In this document: in pieces, positions 48,373 to 57,012 of the stretch
Numbering within the stretch: the first letter of the stretch is position 1
Layout of the letters: each line of letters starts with the position of its first letter
Assembly (NCBI GenBank): GCA_030154225.1
Contig: JASKKI010000003.1
Span: 14,217 to 78,216 of the forward strand
Reading direction: 5' to 3'
DNA: 64,000 nt
Origin: Clostridia bacterium
GTDB lineage: Bacteria; Bacillota; Peptococcia; Peptococcales; BICA1-8
Position numbers and translations under genes: made by a program
Notes under the pieces: model-generated
What the model was told of the DNA's origin: nothing
Databases searched by the model: none
What the model saw: the letters and a program-made list of their open reading frames with translations, nothing else

Positions 48373-48981
48373 TTACATAAATGCAAACATAGCCCTAATC
48401 CAAAAAATATTAAAGATAACAAAAAGTACTATAGTTATGCGGCTGAATGCCAATTGAGCTCTGGCCCCTCTGAGGATACCCCAGTTAATGGCAAATCCCC
48501 ATAAACCGTTGCAAAAATGGAAGGCTGCCGCAGTAACGGAGACAGCATAAAAAGCTGCAATCAAAGGGCTGTTTAACTGACTGTGAAGGACTTCATAAAA
48601 TGAGCCATTATTTCCAAATTTAACGGTAAAGAGATGATAGAGGATAAAGGCAAATATTATCAGCCCGGAAATTCTTTGTAGATAGAACATCCAGTTTCTG
48701 GTATAGGAATAAGATTTGGGGTTATTTCTGGCCTGGTAAACAATATATAATCCCATCAGGCCATGGATAAGCAGCGGCAGGGCAATTAAAAACACCTCTA
48801 AGACCCAGAGTCCGGGAAGGCTTTCTAAAAACTCCACTGTTCCGGCAAAAGCTTCTACACTAATAATGGCTGTGGAATTTGCCACCAGGTGTTCGATTAA
48901 AAAAAGGCCTAAGGGAATTATGCCAAATAGAGAATGAACTTTACGTAAAGCGAATTGATTATAATTTCCCGATTGATTCAT
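48373..48981 (-). CDS. sdhC: succinate dehydrogenase cytochrome b558 subunit (Bacillus type)
   Basis: Taken from MNQSGNY (ATG 48981, AAGGAG 8 nt upstream) it is 202 aa and aligns with the 5-TM B. subtilis SdhC pattern. The upstream 53 aa in the track cross a hairpin. Confidence 0.85.
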   Translation of the reverse strand: MNQSGNYNQFALRKVHSLFGIIPLGLFLIEHLVANSTAIISVEAFAGTVEFLESLPGLWVLEVFLIALPLLIHGLMGLYIVYQARNNPKSYSYTRNWMFYLQRISGLIIFAFILYHLFTVKFGNNGSFYEVLHSQLNSPLIAAFYAVSVTAAAFHFCNGLWGFAINWGILRGARAQLAFSRITIVLFVIFNIFWIRAMFAFM

Positions 48982-49271
48982 TGAATACACTCCTTTGTAA
49001 AAATTTTGTGCTGCATGTTTGTAAATAATAGTACAAATATAAAAACAGGCTGTAGTATAAAAACTATACTTACAGCTTGCTAAGGCGGCTCCCGCAAATT
49101 TGTGAAATCGGTTTGCTCTCTCATAAATTTTCCCCTCCATTTTAAATATTTATCCGATTATATTTTCGAATTATTATGTATAATGTATAATATTCTGAAT
49201 TTATAGGCAAGTAAAAAATAATAAGTATTTTCTGGAAATTTTATTAAAAAAAATTATAGTTTCCACTTTTT

Positions 49272-49907
49272 TTATTCTGCAAATTCAACCTTAAAACCTA
49301 TTTTCCCGGCTACACCGGCGGACATGTTACTTCTCCATGGTCTCACTTCAAGGGCCTCCCTAAAGGCCTGACCTGCGGCTCGGAAAATGCTTTCCCATTG
49401 ATGGTGCCCATGGTTTGGTCTGGCCTTCATTAAATCGATATGCAGTGTACACTGGGCGCCTTGCACAAAACCCTCCAAAAAGGATACTAAATCTTCGGAA
49501 TGGATACCTTCTGTGGTTTGAGGAATGCTGATGTCATGGAAATTCAAATCTAAAAAGGTCCGATTTTCAAAGCTCAGGACTGCCTGGGCCAATGCTTCAT
49601 CTATGGTAGCTAAGGCAAATCCAAAACCTCTGGCTCCTTGAACAAGTTTCTTTTCCAGCAGCTCTTTGCATGCTCTGCCCAAGGTAATTCCTACATCTTC
49701 ACAAATAACATGGTTTAAAAAAAAGTGATCCAGTTCAACATTAATACCGATATTTAGTTCACTGCGCCAGGCTATCTGTTCAATCATATGATTAAAAAAT
49801 GCCAAAGGTGTATTTATGTTTTTTTTACTTTCAGGGTCCCTCGGCCCATCATCCAGGATAACAATAATTTTTGATTCTAAAGTCTGCCTTTCCACTTTTA
49901 CTTTCAT
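49272..49907 (-). CDS. hisB: imidazoleglycerol-phosphate dehydratase homolog, divergent
   Basis: IGPD-like blocks ERQTLESKI, FFNHMIEQ, LNHVICEDVGITLG, TIDEAL and GHHQWESIFRA. Several canonical residues are altered (see findings). Confidence 0.7.
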   Translation of the reverse strand: MKVKVERQTLESKIIVILDDGPRDPESKKNINTPLAFFNHMIEQIAWRSELNIGINVELDHFFLNHVICEDVGITLGRACKELLEKKLVQGARGFGFALATIDEALAQAVLSFENRTFLDLNFHDISIPQTTEGIHSEDLVSFLEGFVQGAQCTLHIDLMKARPNHGHHQWESIFRAAGQAFREALEVRPWRSNMSAGVAGKIGFKVEFAE

Positions 49908-49949
49908 TTTTACACCACCATTCTATTTGCTATTAGGTTTAACTTTAAG

Positions 49950-50263
49950 GTCTGACATTTGCTTAAGGGTCTAGCTATTGCGTCTGACAACTGCTCATGA
50001 GTTTAGCTTGTATGGCTGACAATTGCTTATACTGCAAGTTTTATGGGTCTGACATACTTCTAGGTCAGTTTATTGCGTCTGACGCAAGCATTGCATGTTA
50101 AAATATTATCAGACGCTCAATGTTCACCAAGATGTATTTCAGACGCAAAATATTCACCCAGAAGTACATCAGACGGAAAATGTTACTCAGAAGTATATCA
50201 GACGCAATATGTTAACCCGTAAGTATTGTCAGACGCAAAATATTCACCAGAAATACGTCCGAC
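49950..50263. repeat. Phased ~31-bp repeat array 3 (11 units) with an orientation switch
   Basis: GTCTGAC-type cores start at 49950, 49982, 50014, 50047 and 50077. TCAGAC-type cores start at 50108, 50138, 50168, 50197, 50228 and 50257. Spacing is 29-33 bp. Confidence 0.9.
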
Positions 50264-50284
50264 CCGAGATTTCAACCCACAAGC

Positions 50285-51574
50285 TCAGCGATTTTCGACC
50301 GCCAGGGCGTGGGTCTCAAAACCTTCTTCCCTGGCAAAAAGGGCCGCCTTATCTCTTACCCTTTTATAGCCTTGTTCAGTAACATAACCTACAGATGAAC
50401 GTTTTAGGAAATCAAAAACCGATACACTGGAATAGGTTTTAGCAAAGCCACCTGTGGGTAAAATGGCATTAGGCCCTAAAAGAAAGTTAGCTAAAGTTAT
50501 GGGAGCATTGTTGCCAAGTAGGATTTCTCCCGCGTTTTTGATTTTAGGTAATACGGCCCAGGGGTCACTGGTCATAATTTCCATGTGTTCCGGTCCATAC
50601 ATATTTACAAAATCTATAGATTGTTCAAGGTTCTCAGTTACAATTACCCCTCCATAACCATTAAATACATTATTTACAAAGTTCTTTCTTTGATCCGAAA
50701 GCTTTACTAATTGCTTTTCAATAATTTGTTTAACTTCTTCAACCAGGCTTTCCACATGGGTAACTAAAAGACTGGCCGAATCGGGACCATGTTCTGCCTC
50801 TATCATTAAATCAAGGGCAACTTTTTTGGCATCAGCAGTTTCATCTGCTAAGATAATAGCTTCACTAGGACCTGCCGGAGGGCCAACATCCAATACACCA
50901 CTTAATAAACGCTTAGCTGCGGTAACATATGAATTACCGGGGCCAATTATTTTACTGCAAGCAGGGATAGTTTCTGTACCGTAGGCGATAGCGGCAACTG
51001 CTTGAATACCACCTACTTTATAAATTTCTTTGACACCTGCCACTTTGGCAGCGGCTAAAACACTATCATCTAAACTCCCTATTGAATTAGGTGGGGTTAC
51101 AATAACAATCCTGGGAACTTGGGCCACAATAGCGGGAATGGCTAACATTAATAATACCGAGGGAAAACTACCTTTACCTCTGGGTACATAAAGACAAACA
51201 TCAGAAATGGGACTGGTTTGTTCTCCTACCATTACACCTGGAACTGTTTCCGTAAACCAGAGGGGTTCCGGCATCTGATGTGTATGAAACTTTTTAATAT
51301 TAGTGGCAGCAAACTCTAAAGTTTCTTTAAATTCTTTACTAATCCTTTCGTAACCAGCATTTATTTCCTCTTCAGTAACCTTTAAAGTTTCCGGTGACAA
51401 TTTAGCTCCGTCAAACTTTTCAGTATAATAACATACTGCCTTATCTCCTTGAGTTTTTACATCATTTATGATTTCCTGGGCAACCTTTAATTGCTCAGTA
51501 ATATCGGTTTCCGCTCTTTTTAATATTTTACCTTTGGTTTTTTCATCGAGCTCTTTCCATTTATAAATATTCAT
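50285..51574 (-). CDS. hisD: histidinol dehydrogenase
   Basis: 429 aa with GPGNSYVTAAKR and IEAEHGPDS. Confidence 0.95.
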   Translation of the reverse strand: MNIYKWKELDEKTKGKILKRAETDITEQLKVAQEIINDVKTQGDKAVCYYTEKFDGAKLSPETLKVTEEEINAGYERISKEFKETLEFAATNIKKFHTHQMPEPLWFTETVPGVMVGEQTSPISDVCLYVPRGKGSFPSVLLMLAIPAIVAQVPRIVIVTPPNSIGSLDDSVLAAAKVAGVKEIYKVGGIQAVAAIAYGTETIPACSKIIGPGNSYVTAAKRLLSGVLDVGPPAGPSEAIILADETADAKKVALDLMIEAEHGPDSASLLVTHVESLVEEVKQIIEKQLVKLSDQRKNFVNNVFNGYGGVIVTENLEQSIDFVNMYGPEHMEIMTSDPWAVLPKIKNAGEILLGNNAPITLANFLLGPNAILPTGGFAKTYSSVSVFDFLKRSSVGYVTEQGYKRVRDKAALFAREEGFETHALAVENR

Positions 51575-51575
51575 C

Positions 51576-52175
51576 TCAGCCCCTTCTTTCCTTTAAAACT
51601 TCAAGAATTTGACGATAGTCAATATCTTTTTCTTTAAAAAGAACAAATAAGTGATATAAAAAATCTGCGGATTCCTGAGCCAGCTCCTTTTTAGTGTTAT
51701 TTTTGGCAGCTATAATAACCTCGGCTGCTTCTTCGCCAACTTTTTTCAAAATTTTATCTATACCCTCATTAAATAAATAAGTAGTATAGGATTTTTCAGG
51801 TCTTTCTTGATACCTTTGCTCTATTATTTTAATTAAATTTTCTAATAACAGATTGCTTCCTTCGCCAAAACAGCTCTCCGTACCTAAATGACAGGCTGGT
51901 CCCCGTGGATCAACCTGAACTAAAAGGGTATCATAATCACAATCTAATGCTATACTTATAACCTTTTGAACATTTCCCGAAGTACCACCTTTATGCCAGA
52001 GAGTTTTCCTGGACCTACTCCAAAACCAAGCTTCTTTTGTTGCTATAGTTTTTTCTAAAGCTTCTTTATTCATATAAGCCATCATTAGTACTTTACCTGT
52101 TAGATAATCTTGCAGAATAGCAGGTATTAAGTTATCACTATTCCATTTTATACTTGTTACCTCTAGTCTAACCAT
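51576..52175 (-). CDS. hisI: bifunctional phosphoribosyl-AMP cyclohydrolase / phosphoribosyl-ATP diphosphatase
   Basis: 199 aa. HisI block [17 protein letters not shown]...DCDYDTLL, then a HisE block [12 protein letters not shown]. Confidence 0.93.
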   Translation of the reverse strand: MVRLEVTSIKWNSDNLIPAILQDYLTGKVLMMAYMNKEALEKTIATKEAWFWSRSRKTLWHKGGTSGNVQKVISIALDCDYDTLLVQVDPRGPACHLGTESCFGEGSNLLLENLIKIIEQRYQERPEKSYTTYLFNEGIDKILKKVGEEAAEVIIAAKNNTKKELAQESADFLYHLFVLFKEKDIDYRQILEVLKERRG

Positions 52176-52930
52176 CTGATGGGTACCCCCTTATCCTTTA
52201 AAAAGCTTTTAATCTCTGGAACAGAGGTTTCTTTATAATGAAAAATAGAAGCAGCCAGTGCTGCATCAGCATCAGTTTTATCAAATACCTGCCAAAAGTC
52301 CTCTTTTTTACCTGCACCACCTGAGGCAATAACGGGTATAGAGACAGACCGGCAAACTTCTTTGGTAAGATTTAAATCAAATCCTTCTTTATGCCCGTCA
52401 CAATCCATACTGGTTAATAATATTTCTCCTGCACCTAATTCTTCTACTTTCTGGGCCCACTCGATAACCGGTAGATTGGTAGGTTTACTGCCTCCATGGG
52501 TGAATACTTGCCAGGTACCCCATTCCCCATTAAATTTGGCATCTATAGCTACTACCATGCACTGATTGCCAAAAATCTCGGCACCCTTATTTACAAGGTA
52601 GGGGTCTAAAACTGCAGCAGTATTTAGACTAACTTTATCAGCTCCAGACCTTAATACTTTTTTTATATCTTCCGTTGAGTTAATACCACCACCAACAGTA
52701 AAAGGTATGGTAATGGTTTCCGCTGTTTTCCGGACAATTTCCAGCATTGTTTTCCGACCTTCAACACTGGCCGAAATATCTAAAAAAACCAGTTCATCAG
52801 CTCCATGTTGATCATAGAAAGAAGCTAATTCTACAGGGTCCCCAGCATCTCTAAGATTAAGAAAACTTACTCCCTTAACCACGCGACCATCTTTAACATC
52901 TAAACAAGGAATTATTCTCTTGGTTAGCAA
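52163..52930 (-). CDS. hisF: imidazole glycerol phosphate synthase cyclase subunit
   Basis: 255 aa with [17 protein letters not shown] and ASGGAG. Confidence 0.96.
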   Translation of the reverse strand: MLTKRIIPCLDVKDGRVVKGVSFLNLRDAGDPVELASFYDQHGADELVFLDISASVEGRKTMLEIVRKTAETITIPFTVGGGINSTEDIKKVLRSGADKVSLNTAAVLDPYLVNKGAEIFGNQCMVVAIDAKFNGEWGTWQVFTHGGSKPTNLPVIEWAQKVEELGAGEILLTSMDCDGHKEGFDLNLTKEVCRSVSIPVIASGGAGKKEDFWQVFDKTDADAALAASIFHYKETSVPEIKSFLKDKGVPIRWLD

Positions 52931-52932
52931 AT

Positions 52933-53670
52933 TTAGCCCTCCTTTAGCTGAGCGATTAATGCACTTAAATTAATGTCTCCTGTATAAAGGGCTCGCCCGA
53001 TAACTACACCGGTAATTCCTAAATTCTGATACCTGACCAGGTCTAACACGTCGTTGGTGGTGCCAATGCCACCAGCAACAATTACTTCTTTATTGGTCCT
53101 GGCTGCAATATTTAAGGCCTGTTTAATATTTGGTCCGGACAATGTCCCATCTTTTTCGATATCAGTATAAATAAAAGTTTTAATCCCTTTTTCAGCTAAA
53201 TTTTGGGCTGCATCCAGAAGATTTTTTCCCGACTGTTCTAACCAACCTTCACTAAAGGCCTGGTCATTACGACCATCTAGAGATACTATTATCCTTTTAT
53301 CTCCATACTCTTCTATCAAGGTTTCTACCAATTTGATATTTTTTAATGCCGCCGACCCGATAATAACCCTTTGGGCACCACTATCCAGATAAGCCTTGGC
53401 AGCTTCTTTTGTTCTTATTCCCCCACCAATCTGAATATTAATTTTAAACTTAGATAAGATATCTTTGATTACCTTAAGATTTTCCGGTTTACCCGTTTTA
53501 GCACCATCTAGGTCAATAATATGCAGCCAATCAGCACCCGCTTCATACCATTTGGCAGCAGGTTCTAAAGGATTATCATAATATTTACTTTCCAAACTAT
53601 AATTGCCTTGAAGAAGACGAACACATTTTCCACCCCTAATATCAATTGCAGGGTAGATAGTAAGAGTCAT
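52933..53670 (-). CDS. hisA: 1-(5-phosphoribosyl)-5-[(5-phosphoribosylamino)methylideneamino]imidazole-4-carboxamide isomerase
   Basis: 245 aa with [15 protein letters not shown] and VIVAGGIG. Confidence 0.95.
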   Translation of the reverse strand: MTLTIYPAIDIRGGKCVRLLQGNYSLESKYYDNPLEPAAKWYEAGADWLHIIDLDGAKTGKPENLKVIKDILSKFKINIQIGGGIRTKEAAKAYLDSGAQRVIIGSAALKNIKLVETLIEEYGDKRIIVSLDGRNDQAFSEGWLEQSGKNLLDAAQNLAEKGIKTFIYTDIEKDGTLSGPNIKQALNIAARTNKEVIVAGGIGTTNDVLDLVRYQNLGITGVVIGRALYTGDINLSALIAQLKEG

Positions 53671-54275
53671 TTAACCACCTCCAATTGCTCTACCCAATTT
53701 TTGAGTAACTGCATTCCTACTGAACCGCTTTTTTCAGGATGGAACTGCATGCCTACCACATTTTCTCTACCTACTATAGCCGGTAGTTCTAGACCATAAA
53801 ATGTTGAAGCTAAAATATTTTCCGTTTTCGTATCAGCATAATAAGAATGAACAAAATAAACGAAACCGGCAGAAAATCCTGCAAAAAGATAATGATTTTT
53901 AACAATTTTTAATTGATTCCATCCCATATGGGGTACTTTTACACCAAGGGGTATTTTTTTAATTATCCCCGGTAGAATAGCCAGACCTTTATGACAACCA
54001 TGTTCTTCACTTTCTGCAAATAAAAGCTGCATACCTAAACATATACCCAGTAAAGGTTTGCCTGTTTTTACCCAATGAAGTACTACATCTTCTAATCCTT
54101 TTCTTTTTAAATTTTTCATGGCATCGCCAAAAGCACCTACACCGGGCAAAATTAAAGCTGAACAATCTTCTGTATCGGCTTCTTGGGATACCAGTTTATT
54201 TTGGCAGTCCAATCTACCCAATGCAGCCCGTAAACTAAAAATATTACCCATTTCATAATCTATAATTCCAATCAT
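53667..54275 (-). CDS. hisH: imidazole glycerol phosphate synthase glutamine amidotransferase subunit
   Basis: 202 aa with [16 protein letters not shown] and QFHPEKS. Confidence 0.95.
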   Translation of the reverse strand: MIGIIDYEMGNIFSLRAALGRLDCQNKLVSQEADTEDCSALILPGVGAFGDAMKNLKRKGLEDVVLHWVKTGKPLLGICLGMQLLFAESEEHGCHKGLAILPGIIKKIPLGVKVPHMGWNQLKIVKNHYLFAGFSAGFVYFVHSYYADTKTENILASTFYGLELPAIVGRENVVGMQFHPEKSGSVGMQLLKNWVEQLEVVK

Positions 54276-54892
54276 CCCCGAACACCATCTTCCAACTTAT
54301 TAACTAATTCTTCAATAACGGTATTTTTTAAGTGGTAAGTAGCTTGATTGACAATTAACCGGCAGGATATATTTGCTATCTGTTCCAGTTCAACAAGACC
54401 ATTTTCTTTAAGGGTCCTCCCGGTGGAAACAATGTCTACGATATAATGACTTAACCCTAATAAAGGGGCTAATTCTACTGAACCATTAAGCTTTATGATT
54501 TCAACCTGCTGACCCTTTTCTCTAAAATAAGTGGAAGCAATTTTAGGGTATTTAGTTGCGATTCTAGGCATTTCACCTCGATCACAGGTTTTATCGGGTT
54601 TACCACAGATGGAAATCCGGCAAAGACCTATCTTGAGGTCCATAAGCTCATATAATCCTTCTCCCCATTCTAGTAAAACATCCTTACCTACTATACCTAC
54701 ATCTGCAACACCATACTTGACATAAGTAGGCACATCCTGAGGCTTAGCCAAAATAAATCTGATATCATCAACTTGATCATCTAAAATTAATTTCCTACCT
54801 TCTTTGACCTCTTCATTAATAATGCCGGACTTGATCATTAGAGAATTGGCTTCTTCCAGAATTCTCCCCTTTGGAATAGCAATAGTTAGCAT
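54272..54892 (-). CDS. hisG: ATP phosphoribosyltransferase, short form
   Basis: 206 aa. The short HisG type pairs with HisZ. Contains [14 protein letters not shown]. Confidence 0.94.
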   Translation of the reverse strand: MLTIAIPKGRILEEANSLMIKSGIINEEVKEGRKLILDDQVDDIRFILAKPQDVPTYVKYGVADVGIVGKDVLLEWGEGLYELMDLKIGLCRISICGKPDKTCDRGEMPRIATKYPKIASTYFREKGQQVEIIKLNGSVELAPLLGLSHYIVDIVSTGRTLKENGLVELEQIANISCRLIVNQATYHLKNTVIEELVNKLEDGVRG

Positions 54893-54931
54893 ACCGTCAC
54901 TTCCTTACCTTAAAGTTCTATGAACCATGAA

Positions 54932-56080
54932 CTACGAACTTTTTATTATTTCCCCAAATCCTTTTATATAATTTTCCGTAACTGTATTTTCTAGAGCCAT
55001 TATCACGATTTTACCCTGTTTCCTCAGTTCCTCAGCCCTTTTAATTGCTGGTAGACGGTTTTTTGGAGAATAAATTAAAAGTGTTTTATCTTGACAATAA
55101 GCAGGACCTTGCTCCTTGATAATAACCCTTACTAAATCATCCATATTGATGGCAAATCCGGTAGCCGGGGCCGGCCTGTCGAAACTGGCTAAAAGACCGT
55201 CATACCTACCTCCGGAACAAATTGGATAGGGATGCCCAGCACAATAAACATTGTAAATTAGTCCTGTATAATAGTATTGCCTACCGACATGGCTTAAATC
55301 ATAGCAAACATAATCAGCTAGTTCATATTGGGTAAGTATTTCCCATAAACCGGAAAGTTCATGAAAAACATTGTGCCAATCCGACGTAGAAAACCAACTT
55401 TTGGCTTCTAATATATTATTTAAATCTCCACGGAATTTTAATATTTTCTGAAGATAGGTTTTATACTGATCACTGATTGATAACTTGTTAACTAAATCTT
55501 TAAAACCTACGTAATCATGTGTTAAAAGATATTGAAACAGTTGATTTTCAATTATTTCATCACAACCAATCTCTTTAAAAAGCAGGCGTAAAAATTTGGT
55601 ATGCCCTATAGATACTTTAAAATCAGAGTTAGTACTTTTTAAAATTGTTTTTACTGCTAAAGTAATTACTTCGGCATCAGCTTCCAGATTTTCCAAACCT
55701 AGTAGTTCTAAGCCCAATTGGTTAATTTCTTCAATACCATGACTACCTAGATTTCGATAAACCTTCCCTTGATACATTAGCCGAATGGGAAATTCTACAT
55801 CCCTGTAAACTGATGAGACAAATCTGGCAATAGGTGTTGTTAAATCGGGTTTTAAGATAACTGTTTTTCCTGTGGGGTCTAAAAACTTAATCAACTTTTC
55901 TTCCTGTATTTTAGAATAAAGCCCTACTGTTTGGTGATATTCGATAACAGGTGTCTCTATTTCTTCATAACCCCATTTTTCCAGTAAATCCTTGGATTTA
56001 GCTGTAATTTCCCTGATTAATATTAATTTTTCCGGCAAAACATCCTTTGTACCCAATGGTTTTTCGAAACTAAGGGGCAT
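54932..56080 (-). CDS. hisZ: ATP phosphoribosyltransferase regulatory subunit
   Basis: 382 aa, a HisRS-like catalytic-domain paralog lying directly upstream of the short hisG. Confidence 0.9.
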   Translation of the reverse strand: MPLSFEKPLGTKDVLPEKLILIREITAKSKDLLEKWGYEEIETPVIEYHQTVGLYSKIQEEKLIKFLDPTGKTVILKPDLTTPIARFVSSVYRDVEFPIRLMYQGKVYRNLGSHGIEEINQLGLELLGLENLEADAEVITLAVKTILKSTNSDFKVSIGHTKFLRLLFKEIGCDEIIENQLFQYLLTHDYVGFKDLVNKLSISDQYKTYLQKILKFRGDLNNILEAKSWFSTSDWHNVFHELSGLWEILTQYELADYVCYDLSHVGRQYYYTGLIYNVYCAGHPYPICSGGRYDGLLASFDRPAPATGFAINMDDLVRVIIKEQGPAYCQDKTLLIYSPKNRLPAIKRAEELRKQGKIVIMALENTVTENYIKGFGEIIKSS

Positions 56081-56133
56081 TCATATCACTCCATTAATGC
56101 TTTAGCATGTTAAATTATAAATATATTGCTCTG

Positions 56134-56162
56134 ATAATACCATAACTTACCCCAAAGGTCAA
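56134..56162 (-). promoter_or_regulatory. Putative his operon promoter (TTGACC-17-TATTAT with TG extension)
   Basis: On the minus strand the -35 is 56162-56157 and the -10 is 56139-56134, preceded by TGG. The leader to the hisZ ATG is short, with no T-box or attenuator visible. Confidence 0.5.
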
Positions 56163-56198
56163 TGAAATCTATTTAAAATTTTGTTAATTTTTTTATTC

Positions 56199-56228
56199 TT
56201 GACACTTTACCTGAAGTGATGCTACAAT
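56199..56228 (+). promoter_or_regulatory. Promoter of the T-box leader (TTGACA-18-TACAAT, TGC-extended -10)
   Basis: -35 at 56199-56204 and -10 at 56223-56228. It lies back to back with the his promoter. Confidence 0.6.
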
Positions 56229-56249
56229 TTAGGAAAATTTTAAAAAGAC

Positions 56250-56492
56250 AAAACTATGACAGAGAAGAGTAATTGGTAGAATGCTAGCTAAAGAGAGTCG
56301 GTGCTGGTGGAAATCCGATGCTAGGACCCAATGAAGCCACTCTGGAGTGTTGTGTTGAAATATTAAGTAAACAAACCGGCTTCCACCGTTATAGGAAAGT
56401 GATTTGCACTAAGGGGGTCAACTATGACCAACTAGGGTGGTACCGCGTGATAATCTCTCGTCCCTACAATTTATGGGACGGGAGTTTTTTTT
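56250..56492 (+). promoter_or_regulatory. T-box riboswitch leader, alanine (GCC) specifier
   Basis: Stem I GA motif UGACAGAGAAGAGUA; AG bulge AGAGAG with distal GGUGG. Specifier loop GAA-GCC-A with GCC at 56336-56338. T-box sequence AACUAGGGUGGUACCGCG at 56430-56447. Terminator stem 56455-56484 followed by U8. Confidence 0.88.
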
Positions 56493-56520
56493 AATTTGTA
56501 TAGAATGAGGAGGTAAAAAA

Positions 56521-57012
56521 ATGCGTGATTTACAGAAAGAAATTTTGGAATTGCTGGAAAAGGACAGCCGCCTGTCCAAAACCCAACTAGCTAAGATGCT
56601 CAATGTCACCCCGGAAGAAGTTGAACAAATCATTTTTGAGTTGGAACAAGATAATGTGATCTTAAAGTACCATACGGTTATTAACTGGGAAAAGCAAGCA
56701 TGTCCGAGGGTCACAGCCTTAATTGAAGTAAATATTACACCTCAAAGGGAAGTTGGTTTTGATAAAATTGCTGAACGTATCTACCGTTTTCCTCAGGTCA
56801 AGTCCGTCTATCTAATGTCGGGTTCCTACGATTTATGTGTAATTATTGAAGGAGAAACAATGCACGACATATCCTTTTTCGTGGCTGAAAAATTAGCACC
56901 TTTAGAACACGTAAACGGTACTAAAACCCATTTTGTGATGAAACGTTACAAAGAGGATGGAGTGATCTTCAGCGGAGAAGAAAAAGATAAAAGGTTGGTG
57001 GTCTCACCATGA
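56521..57012 (+). CDS. alaR: Lrp/AsnC family transcriptional regulator (B. subtilis AlaR-like)
   Basis: 163 aa with an HTH_AsnC N-terminus and an AsnC_trans_reg C-terminus. Overlaps the downstream aminotransferase by 4 nt, as in alaR-alaT. The symbol is inferred from the arrangement and the T-box specifier. Confidence 0.65.
   Translation: MRDLQKEILELLEKDSRLSKTQLAKMLNVTPEEVEQIIFELEQDNVILKYHTVINWEKQACPRVTALIEVNITPQREVGFDKIAERIYRFPQVKSVYLMSGSYDLCVIIEGETMHDISFFVAEKLAPLEHVNGTKTHFVMKRYKEDGVIFSGEEKDKRLVVSP

Noticed and set aside
49950-50263. CRISPR array interpretation of the phased GTCWGAC repeats (also at 4439-4569 and 32261-32482).
   Set aside because: The conserved core is only 7-12 nt and the period is about 31 bp in total. 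The sequence between cores is itself conserved and shared between loci. Core orientation flips inside arrays. No cas genes or leader are present. The architecture is incompatible with CRISPR repeats and unique spacers.
50095-50382. 95-aa plus-strand ORF (MLKYYQTLNVHQDVFQTQNIHPEVHQTENV...).
   Set aside because: Its 10-aa periodicity simply translates the 30-bp tandem repeat. It has no SD, runs antisense into the hisD 3' end, and has no protein-like composition.
56418-56714. 98-aa minus-strand ORF overlapping the T-box leader and the alaR start.
   Set aside because: It lies antisense to a well-supported T-box terminator and to a well-supported Lrp-family CDS. It has no SD and no family resemblance.
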